Assembly: GCA_003345595.1 (NCBI GenBank)
Contig: PRDI01000106.1
Location: forward strand, 1-14,785
Direction: 5' to 3'
Length of the DNA: 14,785 nt
Origin: Candidatus Thorarchaeota archaeon
Lineage (GTDB): Archaea; Asgardarchaeota; Thorarchaeia; Thorarchaeales; Thorarchaeaceae
Position 1 is the first letter of the stretch. Each line of letters opens with the position of its first letter. The notes beneath the pieces were generated by a model that did no database searches, was not told the origin of the DNA, and worked only from the letters and a program-made list of their open reading frames with translations. Of this stretch, positions 1-8,364 are shown piece by piece. The position numbers were made by a program, and so were the translations under genes.

Positions 1-10
1 CCCTGTACGA

Positions 11-277
11 GTGGGAATAGCATGGCAGGATTCTGCTATGATGCAGGTAGGCAAGTCCGGGATTACTGATGGAATTGTCGGCGAAACGAAACGACTACTG
101 AAGAAACACCGATACATGAAGGTGAGACTCCTGCATAGCTCCGTTGGAGAAGAGGACTCCAAGCGGGGCGTATTTGAGATGCTATGTGAGCGTACTGGTG
201 CTCGACTCGTTGGGATCAGGGGTAACACGGCGGTCATTTTCAAACCCCGTTCAAAGGCGAAGAGCAAGAGCGATTGA
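11..277 (+). CDS. YhbY/CRM-domain RNA-binding protein (probably 5'-truncated by the window edge; frame is open back to base 2)
   Basis: QVGKSGITDGIVGE..RLLKKHRYMKVRLL and LVGIRGNTAVIFK match the YhbY pattern; this gene typically precedes rps19e in archaea. Confidence 0.85.
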   Translation: MGIAWQDSAMMQVGKSGITDGIVGETKRLLKKHRYMKVRLLHSSVGEEDSKRGVFEMLCERTGARLVGIRGNTAVIFKPRSKAKSKSD

Positions 278-334
278 TGTGGACTGTGTGCGTGTACTAC
301 GGCGAGCAGAGGCCCGTAAGATGTGGGTTTATGG

Positions 335-348
335 TAATGCTTTTATGG
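335..348 (+). promoter_or_regulatory. Putative BRE/TATA promoter for the rps19e operon
   Basis: AT-rich TTTTATGG at 341-348 in the yhbY-rps19e spacer. Confidence 0.45.
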
Positions 349-441
349 GGTCACTAAGTTGGGGTCCCAGCCTTCTGAGGTAGGCAATCCGCCTAGTCCG
401 GGTGCGGTAGCCGTTTCCCAGATTGATGTGGTGACAGACTC

Positions 442-894
442 ATGCCCACTGTGTACGATATACCCGCGAACATCCTGATCCGTCGTCTTGCACAGGAACT
501 CAGGTCTCGAAAGGACATCCAACCCCCTGATTGGGCCCCATTTGTGAAGACGGGGGTACACAAGGACAGGGCACCTGATGATCCAGACTGGTGGTATGTC
601 AGATGCGCAAGTGTCCTCAGGAAGATCTACATGAAAGGGCCGATTGGAACTGAGAGACTGAGAATCGACTATGGTGGAAGAATAGGACGCGGTGACAAGC
701 CCCCCAGGGAGAGAAGAGGAGGAGGAGCGATAGTCAGACTCTCACTTCAGCAGCTCGAGCGGGCAGGTTTCATCAGGAAACGCGGCAACAAGGGCAGAGA
801 AATGACAGACATCGGCAGGTCGTACATGGATAAGCTCTCAGGTTCTCTGAAGGGTGAACTGACAAAAGCGATTCCAGGTCTTGAGAAGTACTAG
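442..894 (+). CDS. rps19e: 30S ribosomal protein S19e
   Basis: MPTVYDIP, PPDWAPFVKTGVHKDRAPDDPDWWYVRCASVLRKIY, LQQLERAG motifs; SD-like GGTGA upstream. Confidence 0.98.
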   Translation: MPTVYDIPANILIRRLAQELRSRKDIQPPDWAPFVKTGVHKDRAPDDPDWWYVRCASVLRKIYMKGPIGTERLRIDYGGRIGRGDKPPRERRGGGAIVRLSLQQLERAGFIRKRGNKGREMTDIGRSYMDKLSGSLKGELTKAIPGLEKY

Positions 895-910
895 TCAAGG
901 ACTGATATCG

Positions 911-1243
911 ATGAGTGATGATGAGGAACTCGATGCAATCCGCCAGAAGAAACTCGCCGCTATGAGAGATCAGGCGGTCCAAGAGCGGATTCAAGAGCAG
1001 CAGATGGAAGAGGCTGAGGCCAGAAAGGAAGCCATCCTGCGCCAGATTCTCACTCCGGAGGCTCGATCACGACTGGCCAATATCAAGATGGTCAAGCCCC
1101 AGTTCGCGCAACAGATTGAGATGCAGCTGATTCAGCTTGCAGGTTCTGGAAAACTCAAAGGACAGGTGACAGATGAACAGCTCAGGATGCTGCTTCAGCA
1201 GATTCAAGGGCGTGAAAGAGAGAGAAAGGTCACGTTCAGGTAG
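911..1243 (+). CDS. PDCD5-family DNA-binding protein
   Basis: [43 protein letters not shown]; conserved position after rps19e; ATG 911 preferred over TTG 881. Confidence 0.95.
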   Translation: MSDDEELDAIRQKKLAAMRDQAVQERIQEQQMEEAEARKEAILRQILTPEARSRLANIKMVKPQFAQQIEMQLIQLAGSGKLKGQVTDEQLRMLLQQIQGRERERKVTFR

Positions 1244-1266
1244 AACTGCTGCATGAGGTGAAATGC

Positions 1267-1422
1267 ATGGCAAGAAACAAGCCACTCGGAAAGAAACTCA
1301 GGCTGGCAAAGGAATTGAGTAGCAACAGCAGTGTGCCAACTTGGGTAGTGATGAAAACAGGCGGGAAGGTCAGAAGGACACCAGCGCAGCGACACTGGCG
1401 TGATGCAAAGATCAAGGCCTAG
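1267..1422 (+). CDS. rpl39e: 50S ribosomal protein L39e (51 aa, not in the ORF track)
   Basis: Manual translation [51 protein letters not shown]; SD GAGGTGA upstream. Confidence 0.97.
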   Translation: MARNKPLGKKLRLAKELSSNSSVPTWVVMKTGGKVRRTPAQRHWRDAKIKA

Positions 1423-1436
1423 TCAGGTGAGTATTG

Positions 1437-1820
1437 ATGACTGAACAAGAGAAGACAGAGCAGAAAGCCTCAGAGGAAGTCGTGGAGGCCAAGACGGGCG
1501 AAGCGGCTCCATCCGTTGAGAAGGAAGCCGCAGCACCGGCTGAGGCAGCGCCCGAGGAGGAGATTGTTGATGAGAGGATCTATACCGTTCCGCTTCGAAG
1601 AGTCTTCTGGACTGGCAACCGCCGCAAGAGAGCAAACAGAGCTGTCAGAACTCTCAGGGAATTCGTAAGCAGACACATGAAGCCAGAGCAGCTGCTGATA
1701 CAGCCCGAGGTCAATGAACGCCTATGGGCCCATGGCATTCAGAACCCCCCAAGGAAGCTGAGGATCAGGGCGACGAAGAACTCTGAGAATCTAGTGCGAG
1801 TGTATCTTGCGGAGGGATAG
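1437..1820 (+). CDS. rpl31e: 50S ribosomal protein L31e with acidic N-terminal extension
   Basis: ERIYTVPLR, RANRAVRTLREFVSRHMK, VNERLWAHGIQNPPRKLRIR; SD AGGTGA. Confidence 0.97.
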   Translation: MTEQEKTEQKASEEVVEAKTGEAAPSVEKEAAAPAEAAPEEEIVDERIYTVPLRRVFWTGNRRKRANRAVRTLREFVSRHMKPEQLLIQPEVNERLWAHGIQNPPRKLRIRATKNSENLVRVYLAEG

Positions 1821-1826
1821 CCCTCT

Positions 1827-2492
1827 GTGATCGCCCGTACAGACTTTGAGGGCGATTCGAACGTCGGGGCCTTTGGAATCGCCACTGACAGGTTCGTGTT
1901 CGTTTCCATGAACATGTCAGAGAAGTCACTTCAGACAATCGAACGCACATTCGATTTGCCGTTGGTACAGTCGACGGTGGCAACACTTGATGCTGTGGGA
2001 ATAATGTCGATTGCAAACTCAAATGGACTCTTAGTACCATACACCGTGAATGATGATGAGCTACTCCGACTCAAACGGTTCGAGGATATCAGAGTTGACT
2101 GGGTTGATAGCAAGATGACCGCCTTGGGCAACATAGTCATCGCAAACGACAGCGGGGCGATCTGTCATCCGGACTTTGATGCTAAGGCGCGGCAGAAGAT
2201 ATCTGACACCTTGGGAGTGGAGGTCGTACCGGGAACGGTTGCACGACTACCTATCGTTGGAGCAAATACGGTTGCCACCAGCAGAGGCGCCGTCGTCCAT
2301 CCTCTGTCTACGAGTGAGGAAATCCAGCAGATAGCGCAGCTGTTAAAAGTGGAAGTGGAAGTCGGCACTGTCAACAGAGGAAGCCCATATACTAGACTCG
2401 GAGTATTGGCCAACCGAAACGGGATGATAGCTGGAACTGACACCACGGGTGTCGAACTGGCGCACATCAGCCAGGTACTTGGATTTGTGTAG
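1827..2492 (+). CDS. eif6: Translation initiation factor 6 (aIF6)
   Basis: DSNVGAFG, ANSNGLLVP, TALGNIVIAND, GTVNRGSPY, TTGVEL; GTG start. Confidence 0.97.
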   Translation: MIARTDFEGDSNVGAFGIATDRFVFVSMNMSEKSLQTIERTFDLPLVQSTVATLDAVGIMSIANSNGLLVPYTVNDDELLRLKRFEDIRVDWVDSKMTALGNIVIANDSGAICHPDFDAKARQKISDTLGVEVVPGTVARLPIVGANTVATSRGAVVHPLSTSEEIQQIAQLLKVEVEVGTVNRGSPYTRLGVLANRNGMIAGTDTTGVELAHISQVLGFV

Positions 2493-2506
2493 TGAGGTGT
2501 TCGTTG

Positions 2507-2749
2507 ATGGACACAAAGGTCTGGTTAGTCACTGGAGTGTACAAGAAGAATAGACGACTATTCAGCTTCCACAAGGAGCTGATAGCTCTGAAGGAGTCCC
2601 ATGTTAGGGAGAGGATCTTGTCGGACCTCGGAAGTCGGCATAATCTCAAGAGAAGAGACATACAGATATCTGAAATCAAGGAGATCAGACCCAACGAGGT
2701 TGTGAGTCTAGACCTGAGAAGACGCCTTGGTGTGGAGAGCGGTCAGTGA
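2507..2749 (+). CDS. rplX: 50S ribosomal protein L18a/LX (eL20)
   Basis: FHKELIALKESHVRERILSDLGSRHNLKRRDIQISEIKEI; SD GAGGTG before ATG 2507; conserved position. Confidence 0.95.
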   Translation: MDTKVWLVTGVYKKNRRLFSFHKELIALKESHVRERILSDLGSRHNLKRRDIQISEIKEIRPNEVVSLDLRRRLGVESGQ

Positions 2750-3174
2750 TGACTGAGGACCAGCAGAAACTCTTGCAGAAACTGTATGCCCAACAGAAAG
2801 CCACCGAGTCTGGCATAGAGATCGTTCAGGAACGCATGGAACTGGTCCAAGCGAGCCTGAACAGCCATAGGAGAGGTCTGGGAGTCCTCCAGGAATTTGA
2901 GGGAAAGAAGGAGGGCGAAAAGATGCTGATTAATGTGGGCGGAAATCTATTCATTGATGTACAGCTCGCAAGCCCAGACAGAGTCACGAGAGACATCGGC
3001 AGTGGCGTGAGAGTAATACAGAAGCTTGAAGACGCCAAGAAGAGCGTCGAGGAAACCATTGCATCCCTCGAACAACACTATGCACAGCTCGCTCAGCAGA
3101 ACGAAACCATATCCAATCAGGCGGCAGATATTGGCAGGCGCCTCAACGATCTAGTGAAGCAGATGCAGGGTTAG
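2749..3174 (+). CDS. pfdA: Prefoldin alpha subunit
   Basis: Coiled coils flanking MLINVGGNLFI / VTRDIGSGV hairpins; TGATG overlap with rplX; conserved position before ftsY. Confidence 0.93.
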   Translation: MTEDQQKLLQKLYAQQKATESGIEIVQERMELVQASLNSHRRGLGVLQEFEGKKEGEKMLINVGGNLFIDVQLASPDRVTRDIGSGVRVIQKLEDAKKSVEETIASLEQHYAQLAQQNETISNQAADIGRRLNDLVKQMQG

Positions 3175-3187
3175 GGGGAGCAGACGA

Positions 3188-4099
3188 TTGTTTGAGAGGC
3201 TCCGTGGGGCCCTAGATGCTGCATTGACCAAGACAGTGACAAAGGAGTTGAGTGAGAAAAACCTCTCTGAAGCGGTATGGCAACTCCAGCTTGTACTGAT
3301 TCAAAATGATGTCGCAGTAGAGGCGGCTGAACACATCTGCGAGCTCACCAAGAAGAGACTGATTGGAACAAGAGCTGGTCGCCTCGAGAGCGTTAGCAAA
3401 CGATTCAGGAATGCTATCTACGAGTCAATCCTTGAGATTCTCACTCCAGAACACCCATTGGATCCTCTTCAGTTCGCCTCAGAGAGAAGGAGTAAGGGCG
3501 AACTGACGACAATCATGTTTGTCGGAGTGAACGGAACAGGAAAGACTACGACGCTGGCAAAGGTGGCACACCTCTTCAAGAAGAACGGGTTCTCCATTGT
3601 GATAGCTGCCAGCGACACATTTCGTGCAGGCAGTATAGAACAGATAGAGCTGCACGCACAAAAACTTGGTGTGAAAATCATTAAACAGGATTATGGTGCT
3701 GATGCTGCGGCCATCGCGTTTGATGCAGTAGCCCACGCGAAGGCCAAGCACATTGATATTGTACTTGTAGACACAGCTGGGAGGATGCAGAGCAACAAGA
3801 ACTTGCTCGCAGAGATGGCCAAGATTGCTAGGGTCGCAGAGCCAGACCTCAAGCTGTTTGTCGGCGATGCTCTTGCAGGCAATGATGCCCTATCACAGGC
3901 CAGAGAGTTCAATGACGCCATCGGAATTGATGGAGCGATACTCACCAAAATCGATGCCGATCCATCAGGTGGAGCAGCCCTGTCCATTGCATACGTGACG
4001 GGCCGACCAGTGGTCTACGTGGGCACAGGACAAGGCTATGACGACCTGCAACGATTCGACCCCCAGTGGTTTGCCCGAAGGCTTTTGGGAGAATCGTGA
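3188..4099 (+). CDS. ftsY: Signal recognition particle receptor FtsY (NG domain only)
   Basis: GVNGTGKTTT, DTFRAG, DTAGRM, TKID, GTGQGYDDL; TTG start after GGGGAG. Confidence 0.98.
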   Translation: MFERLRGALDAALTKTVTKELSEKNLSEAVWQLQLVLIQNDVAVEAAEHICELTKKRLIGTRAGRLESVSKRFRNAIYESILEILTPEHPLDPLQFASERRSKGELTTIMFVGVNGTGKTTTLAKVAHLFKKNGFSIVIAASDTFRAGSIEQIELHAQKLGVKIIKQDYGADAAAIAFDAVAHAKAKHIDIVLVDTAGRMQSNKNLLAEMAKIARVAEPDLKLFVGDALAGNDALSQAREFNDAIGIDGAILTKIDADPSGGAALSIAYVTGRPVVYVGTGQGYDDLQRFDPQWFARRLLGES

Positions 4100-4104
4100 C
4101 CAGT

Positions 4105-4118
4105 GGACAGTTTTATTA
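4105..4118 (+). promoter_or_regulatory. Possible TATA box for argF
   Basis: TTTTATTA at 4111-4118, ~50 nt before the argF start. Confidence 0.35.
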
Positions 4119-4167
4119 CATGGTGCCTACGAAGCCGCCCTTGACATCTTTCTCAAAGGTGATGAGG

Positions 4168-5091
4168 ATGAGTCTGAAAGGCCGGGACTTCATTGACCTT
4201 GCTGATTTCGAGAGGCAGGAACTCAGGACAATACTGGATACGGCGTATGATCTCAAGCGGAAGCAGAAACGTGGAGAGCCACATGAGTTGCTCAAGGGAA
4301 AATCGCTTGCTATGATATTCATGAAGTCATCCACACGCACGAGAGTCTCCTTCGAGGTGGGAATGACACAACTGGGGGGTCATGCACTCTACCTCGAACA
4401 GACCGGAATGCAACTCGCCCGTGGAGAAACGATTGCTGATACAGCGAAAGTTCTGTGCAGATACTGTGATGTAATCATGGCGCGGGTGTTCGCACACAGC
4501 GACCTCACTGACTTGGCAAAGTACTCCTCAGTGCCTGTGGTCAACGGTCTCTCCGACACATCGCATCCCTGTCAAATCATGGCTGACATGATGACTATCG
4601 AAGAGCACAAGGGAGAGCTCAAGGGACTCAAGATAGCCTACGTCGGCGACTCGAACAACGTGAGCAACTCCATCATGGATGGGTGCACCATAATGGGAAT
4701 GGATGTCACCATTGGCTCGCCGAAAGGATACATTCCGACTGCAGAGGTCTTGAAGAGGACATCTGAGCTGAGCCAGAGGTATGGAACGACAATTGAGGTC
4801 AAGAACAACCCCCTCAAAGCGGTTGAAGGGGCCGATGTGATATACACTGACACTTTCTTTAGCATGGGACAGGAGAGAACGAAGGAGAAAGAAGCCGCTC
4901 TCATGCCCTTTCAGGTGAACAAGACACTTGTCGATGCAGCCAAACGCGATGTGATTGTCATGCACTGCTTGCCAGCACATCGCGACGAGGAGATTGTCAG
5001 CGAAATCATGGACGGGCCACATTCAGTGGTGTATGACCAAGCTGAGAACCGTCTACACGCACAGAAGGCCATACTTGCTCTCATAGTCTGA
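4168..5091 (+). CDS. argF: Ornithine carbamoyltransferase
   Basis: SSTRTRVSFE, HPCQ, SMG, HCLP, DQAENRLHAQKA; SD AGGTGA supports ATG 4168. Confidence 0.97.
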   Translation: MSLKGRDFIDLADFERQELRTILDTAYDLKRKQKRGEPHELLKGKSLAMIFMKSSTRTRVSFEVGMTQLGGHALYLEQTGMQLARGETIADTAKVLCRYCDVIMARVFAHSDLTDLAKYSSVPVVNGLSDTSHPCQIMADMMTIEEHKGELKGLKIAYVGDSNNVSNSIMDGCTIMGMDVTIGSPKGYIPTAEVLKRTSELSQRYGTTIEVKNNPLKAVEGADVIYTDTFFSMGQERTKEKEAALMPFQVNKTLVDAAKRDVIVMHCLPAHRDEEIVSEIMDGPHSVVYDQAENRLHAQKAILALIV

Positions 5092-5103
5092 GAGGCGTGG
5101 AAA

Positions 5104-6075
5104 TTGTCCCTCGAGGTAGTTGCCATAGGTGGCGCCAATATCGATCTGATACTCAGGGTGGATAAGATCCCAGCTCAGGGCGAACACGTCATCTGTCAGC
5201 ATGGCCATCTGTCGTTTGGAGGCTCTGCTGCGAACTTTGCCACGCAGTCGGCACGGCTAGGGGTCAAGACAGGTCTGATTAGCTGCATAGGCAATGACAT
5301 TCACGGTCAGACATACCTGAGAGAGCTCTCTCGAGTTGGGGTCGATACTCATTCGGTAGCTGTCCTTGAGAACCAACCAACAGGCATCTTTGTTATCGTG
5401 ACAGATTCTCAAGACCAAAGAATTGTCATGGTGGAGCCGGGTGCGAACAGGTTCTTGGAGAAACACTTGCTTGATGAAGAATATGTCAGTCGAGCTAGGA
5501 CAGTGCATGTGGCTGGCGGCTTTCCGATGGCTACGGATAGAGCCATAGAGATAGCCACTACCGAGGGAATGATACTCTCCATAGACCCCGGTAAGGCAGC
5601 CGACTCGCTCAACTATCCTGCAATCCTGCGTTCTGTCGACTTGCTGTTTGTGAATGAACAAGAACTTCAGCACTACTTCAGAGTGGAGCCCTCAGAGAGT
5701 GCCCTGAAAGGGTTTGCAAAGTCGATACCTGGCATCATCATTGTGAAGAGAGGAAAGGAAGGGGCTGTCGCCACGGACGGGTTCGAGTTCTGTTCGTCAC
5801 AGTCTTTTGATGTCCCTGTTGTGGACACAACTGGCGCAGGCGACGCATTTGCAGCAGGTTTTGTGACAGCATGGACTAGATCTGAGAAGATAGAGCAGGC
5901 GCTTCACATGGCCAATGCGACAGCAGCGCTGAAAATCACGAAACAGGGAGCGCAGAGTGGGCAGCCGACCCTCGATGAGGCGTTTAGGCTGCTCAACAAG
6001 ACTGGGATATCCATTGACCCCGTGCTTAGGACCTTCAGGACGGACAGGCAGAAAACAGGCAGACAGAAGCGGTAG
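5104..6075 (+). CDS. PfkB/ribokinase-family carbohydrate or nucleoside kinase
   Basis: GGSAANFA..ARLG, NEQE, DTTGAGDAFAAG signature motifs. Confidence 0.95.
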   Translation: MSLEVVAIGGANIDLILRVDKIPAQGEHVICQHGHLSFGGSAANFATQSARLGVKTGLISCIGNDIHGQTYLRELSRVGVDTHSVAVLENQPTGIFVIVTDSQDQRIVMVEPGANRFLEKHLLDEEYVSRARTVHVAGGFPMATDRAIEIATTEGMILSIDPGKAADSLNYPAILRSVDLLFVNEQELQHYFRVEPSESALKGFAKSIPGIIIVKRGKEGAVATDGFEFCSSQSFDVPVVDTTGAGDAFAAGFVTAWTRSEKIEQALHMANATAALKITKQGAQSGQPTLDEAFRLLNKTGISIDPVLRTFRTDRQKTGRQKR

Positions 6076-6084
6076 CACCCGAGT

Positions 6085-6114
6085 AATACCGGGGGAGTAT
6101 TCCACTTTTTGTTT
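6085..6114 (+). terminator. Possible terminator (small hairpin plus T-tract) after pfkB
   Basis: AATAC...GTATT inverted repeat followed by CTTTTTGTTT. Confidence 0.35.
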
Positions 6115-6158
6115 ACACGATATCTGCGTATGAGCAGAAGACAGAAGGTGTTTGAGAG

Positions 6159-7289
6159 TTGCATCCATTGCTAGAGGAAGCACTAAGCGGAACTACTTCA
6201 AGACGCGAAGCACAGCCGAAGACATCCAAGCGGGTCACAAAGGGGGCCATTACAGATGATGAATTGGCCGCCATTCTAGAGTCTGTAACGGCTAAGATAC
6301 TCGTTGTGGGCATTGGGGGAGCAGGCAACAATGCTGTTACACGCCTAATGGAAGTCGGCGTCGAAGGGGCAGAAACCCTCGCCATCAACACAGATGCCCA
6401 AGACCTGTACTACTGCAATTCACATCACAAGCTATTGCTTGGCAGAGAAACGTGTGGAGGCCTTGGGGCAGGGAATAATCCGGATATTGGTGAGAAGGCA
6501 GCTCTCGAAACCTATGACCAGATCAAGGATTCTGTCAAAGCGGACCTCGTGTTCATAGCAGCCGGCATGGGTGGTGGAACCGGCACCGGTGCCGCCGCCC
6601 ATGTTGCGAGAGCCGCTAAAGAGAACGGAGCACTGACGGTTGCGATAGTCTGCCTGCCCTTCGAAGTGGAGGGAGCGACCAGAAAGAAGAACGCCATGAG
6701 GGGCCTCAGGGCGCTGATGGAGCATGTGGACACTCTGATAGCGATTCCAAATGAAAAGCTTCTAGAGATTGCACCAGACCTCTCTCTACCTGAAGCCTTC
6801 ATGGTCGCTGACGAAGTGCTAGTACGTGCGGTCAAAGGCATTGCGGAACTCATATCGCGGCCGGGTCTCGTCAACTTAGACTTCGCCGATGTACGTACCA
6901 CCATGAAGAACGGTGGTGTGTCGATTATCGCCTTGGGCGAGGGCCAAGGCGAGAACAGAGCAGAAGAAGCTGTCAACAACGCGCTTCGAAACCCGCTCAT
7001 CGACATCTCAATAGAGAATGCACACAACCTGCTCATCAACGTAAGCGGGAGCACTGATCTCCAGCTTAGAGAGGCAAAGCGCGTTGTGGAGCTCGTGACT
7101 GAACAGGTAAACCCCGGCGCCGAGATCATCTATGGAGCAATTATCATGCCAGAGCTTGAAGACCGACTCCGGGTGACAATAATCGCCTCGGGCGTAAACT
7201 CGCCGTACATATTCGACTCCGACTCAGCCCGAGGCACGTCCCTCGCGGATGACCTGAAGAGAGACCTCGGACTCTCGCGACTTGGCTAG
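6159..7289 (+). CDS. ftsZ: Cell division protein FtsZ (FtsZ1-type by synteny with secE-spt5)
   Basis: GIGGAGNNAV, GLGAGNNP, GMGGGTGTGAA tubulin signature, PFEVEG, NLDFADV T7 loop; TTG start after AAGGTG. Confidence 0.98.
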   Translation: MHPLLEEALSGTTSRREAQPKTSKRVTKGAITDDELAAILESVTAKILVVGIGGAGNNAVTRLMEVGVEGAETLAINTDAQDLYYCNSHHKLLLGRETCGGLGAGNNPDIGEKAALETYDQIKDSVKADLVFIAAGMGGGTGTGAAAHVARAAKENGALTVAIVCLPFEVEGATRKKNAMRGLRALMEHVDTLIAIPNEKLLEIAPDLSLPEAFMVADEVLVRAVKGIAELISRPGLVNLDFADVRTTMKNGGVSIIALGEGQGENRAEEAVNNALRNPLIDISIENAHNLLINVSGSTDLQLREAKRVVELVTEQVNPGAEIIYGAIIMPELEDRLRVTIIASGVNSPYIFDSDSARGTSLADDLKRDLGLSRLG

Positions 7290-7308
7290 TGTGTGGTTGG
7301 GCACTCAG

Positions 7309-7321
7309 CAAGGGTTAAAAG
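7309..7321 (+). promoter_or_regulatory. Putative BRE/TATA promoter for secE-spt5
   Basis: CAAGGGTTAAAA: purine-rich BRE followed by TTAAAA. Confidence 0.5.
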
Positions 7322-7384
7322 ACCACCGCCCGTGAGTCCCACTGTTTCCGGTGAACACTGAACACCCCAGGATGTGTGACAGGA

Positions 7385-7567
7385 ATGGGTGTCGGAGAAT
7401 TCCTCAGAGAGAGCAAGCGTATCTTGAAACTTGCCACAAAACCAACACGAGGCGAGATGTGGTCAAGCACAAAGATCAGTCTGCTCGCAATGGTACTTGT
7501 CGGACTGCTCAGCTTCATAATTCAGGTCCTGATGGTAGCCCTGACAGCAGGATGGACTGGAACTTAA
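7385..7567 (+). CDS. secE: Protein translocase subunit SecE/Sec61-gamma
   Basis: EFLRESKRILKLATKPTRGEMW followed by one TM helix (VGLLSFIIQ); located between ftsZ and spt5; start 7385 or 7376. Confidence 0.95.
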   Translation: MGVGEFLRESKRILKLATKPTRGEMWSSTKISLLAMVLVGLLSFIIQVLMVALTAGWTGT

Positions 7568-7606
7568 AGGGCCGTCCCTGCCAAGACCAGCAAAGGAGGG
7601 TTCCAC

Positions 7607-8278
7607 TTGCAGGCGAAGACCAGCATCTATGCCATAAGAACAACAATAAGTCAAGAGAGGTCAGTTGCAGACCTGATTACGACTGCAGTTACGGGAGAAA
7701 CTGATCTGTGGGAATGCCCTTTCTGCGGCGAGCAGTTCTCATCCCAAGAGAGCACGATCAAGCACATGAGAGATTGCCAGAAGGCGGGTAAGAAGAAGGG
7801 CGAGCCCAAGCTGGTATCTAAGAACCAACTTCTGGGTCGGGTCATGGCAATACTCGTTCCAGAAACACTCCGAGGTTATGTGTTTCTCGAAACCACTGAA
7901 TTCAGGGATGTCGAGATTGCGATTTCTGGTGTGCCACATGTGCGGGGCCGTGTTAGCGGAAAAGTGAGCCTAGAAGAAATCGACAAATTCCTTGCTCCAC
8001 CCCCTGCGGCCGAAGGTATATCGACAGGTGATGTTGTCGAGATCATATCGGGTCCATTCAAGGGCGAGAGAGCCAGAGTGTCAAGAGTGGACACTTCCAA
8101 AGAGGAACTCATACTCGAACTGCTCGACAGCCCGCACACCATCCCCTTGCGAGTACATGCCGATTTTGCCAAGATTGTTGAGAAAGGGAAGGCAGCCGAG
8201 AAGAAAGAAGAAGAGAAGAGAGAAGAGGCTGAAAGTCAGGGTCCCGAGGAGGAAGAGGACTCATTCTGGTCTCATTGA
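7607..8278 (+). CDS. spt5: Transcription elongation factor Spt5/NusG with inserted zinc finger and acidic tail
   Basis: NGN: IYAIRTTISQERSVA...ILVPETLRGYVFLE; KOW: GDVVEIISGPFKGERARV; SD GGAGG, TTG start. Confidence 0.96.
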   Translation: MQAKTSIYAIRTTISQERSVADLITTAVTGETDLWECPFCGEQFSSQESTIKHMRDCQKAGKKKGEPKLVSKNQLLGRVMAILVPETLRGYVFLETTEFRDVEIAISGVPHVRGRVSGKVSLEEIDKFLAPPPAAEGISTGDVVEIISGPFKGERARVSRVDTSKEELILELLDSPHTIPLRVHADFAKIVEKGKAAEKKEEEKREEAESQGPEEEEDSFWSH

Positions 8279-8340
8279 ACGCCCCGCTATCATCGACTAC
8301 TAATCCGTTCACTTGGCTACTTTGACTTGCGGCTTGGTCG

Positions 8341-8353
8341 CAAGCCTTAAAAA
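8341..8353 (+). promoter_or_regulatory. Putative promoter for rpl11-rpl1-rpl10-rpl12
   Basis: CAAGCCTTAAAAA, resembling the CAAGGGTTAAAA element before secE. Confidence 0.5.
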
Positions 8354-8364
8354 CGGACTATCAG

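Noticed and set aside
4066-4167. N-terminal extension of ArgF given by the ORF track
   Set aside because: It overlaps ftsY and a likely promoter; SD and homology favour ATG 4168
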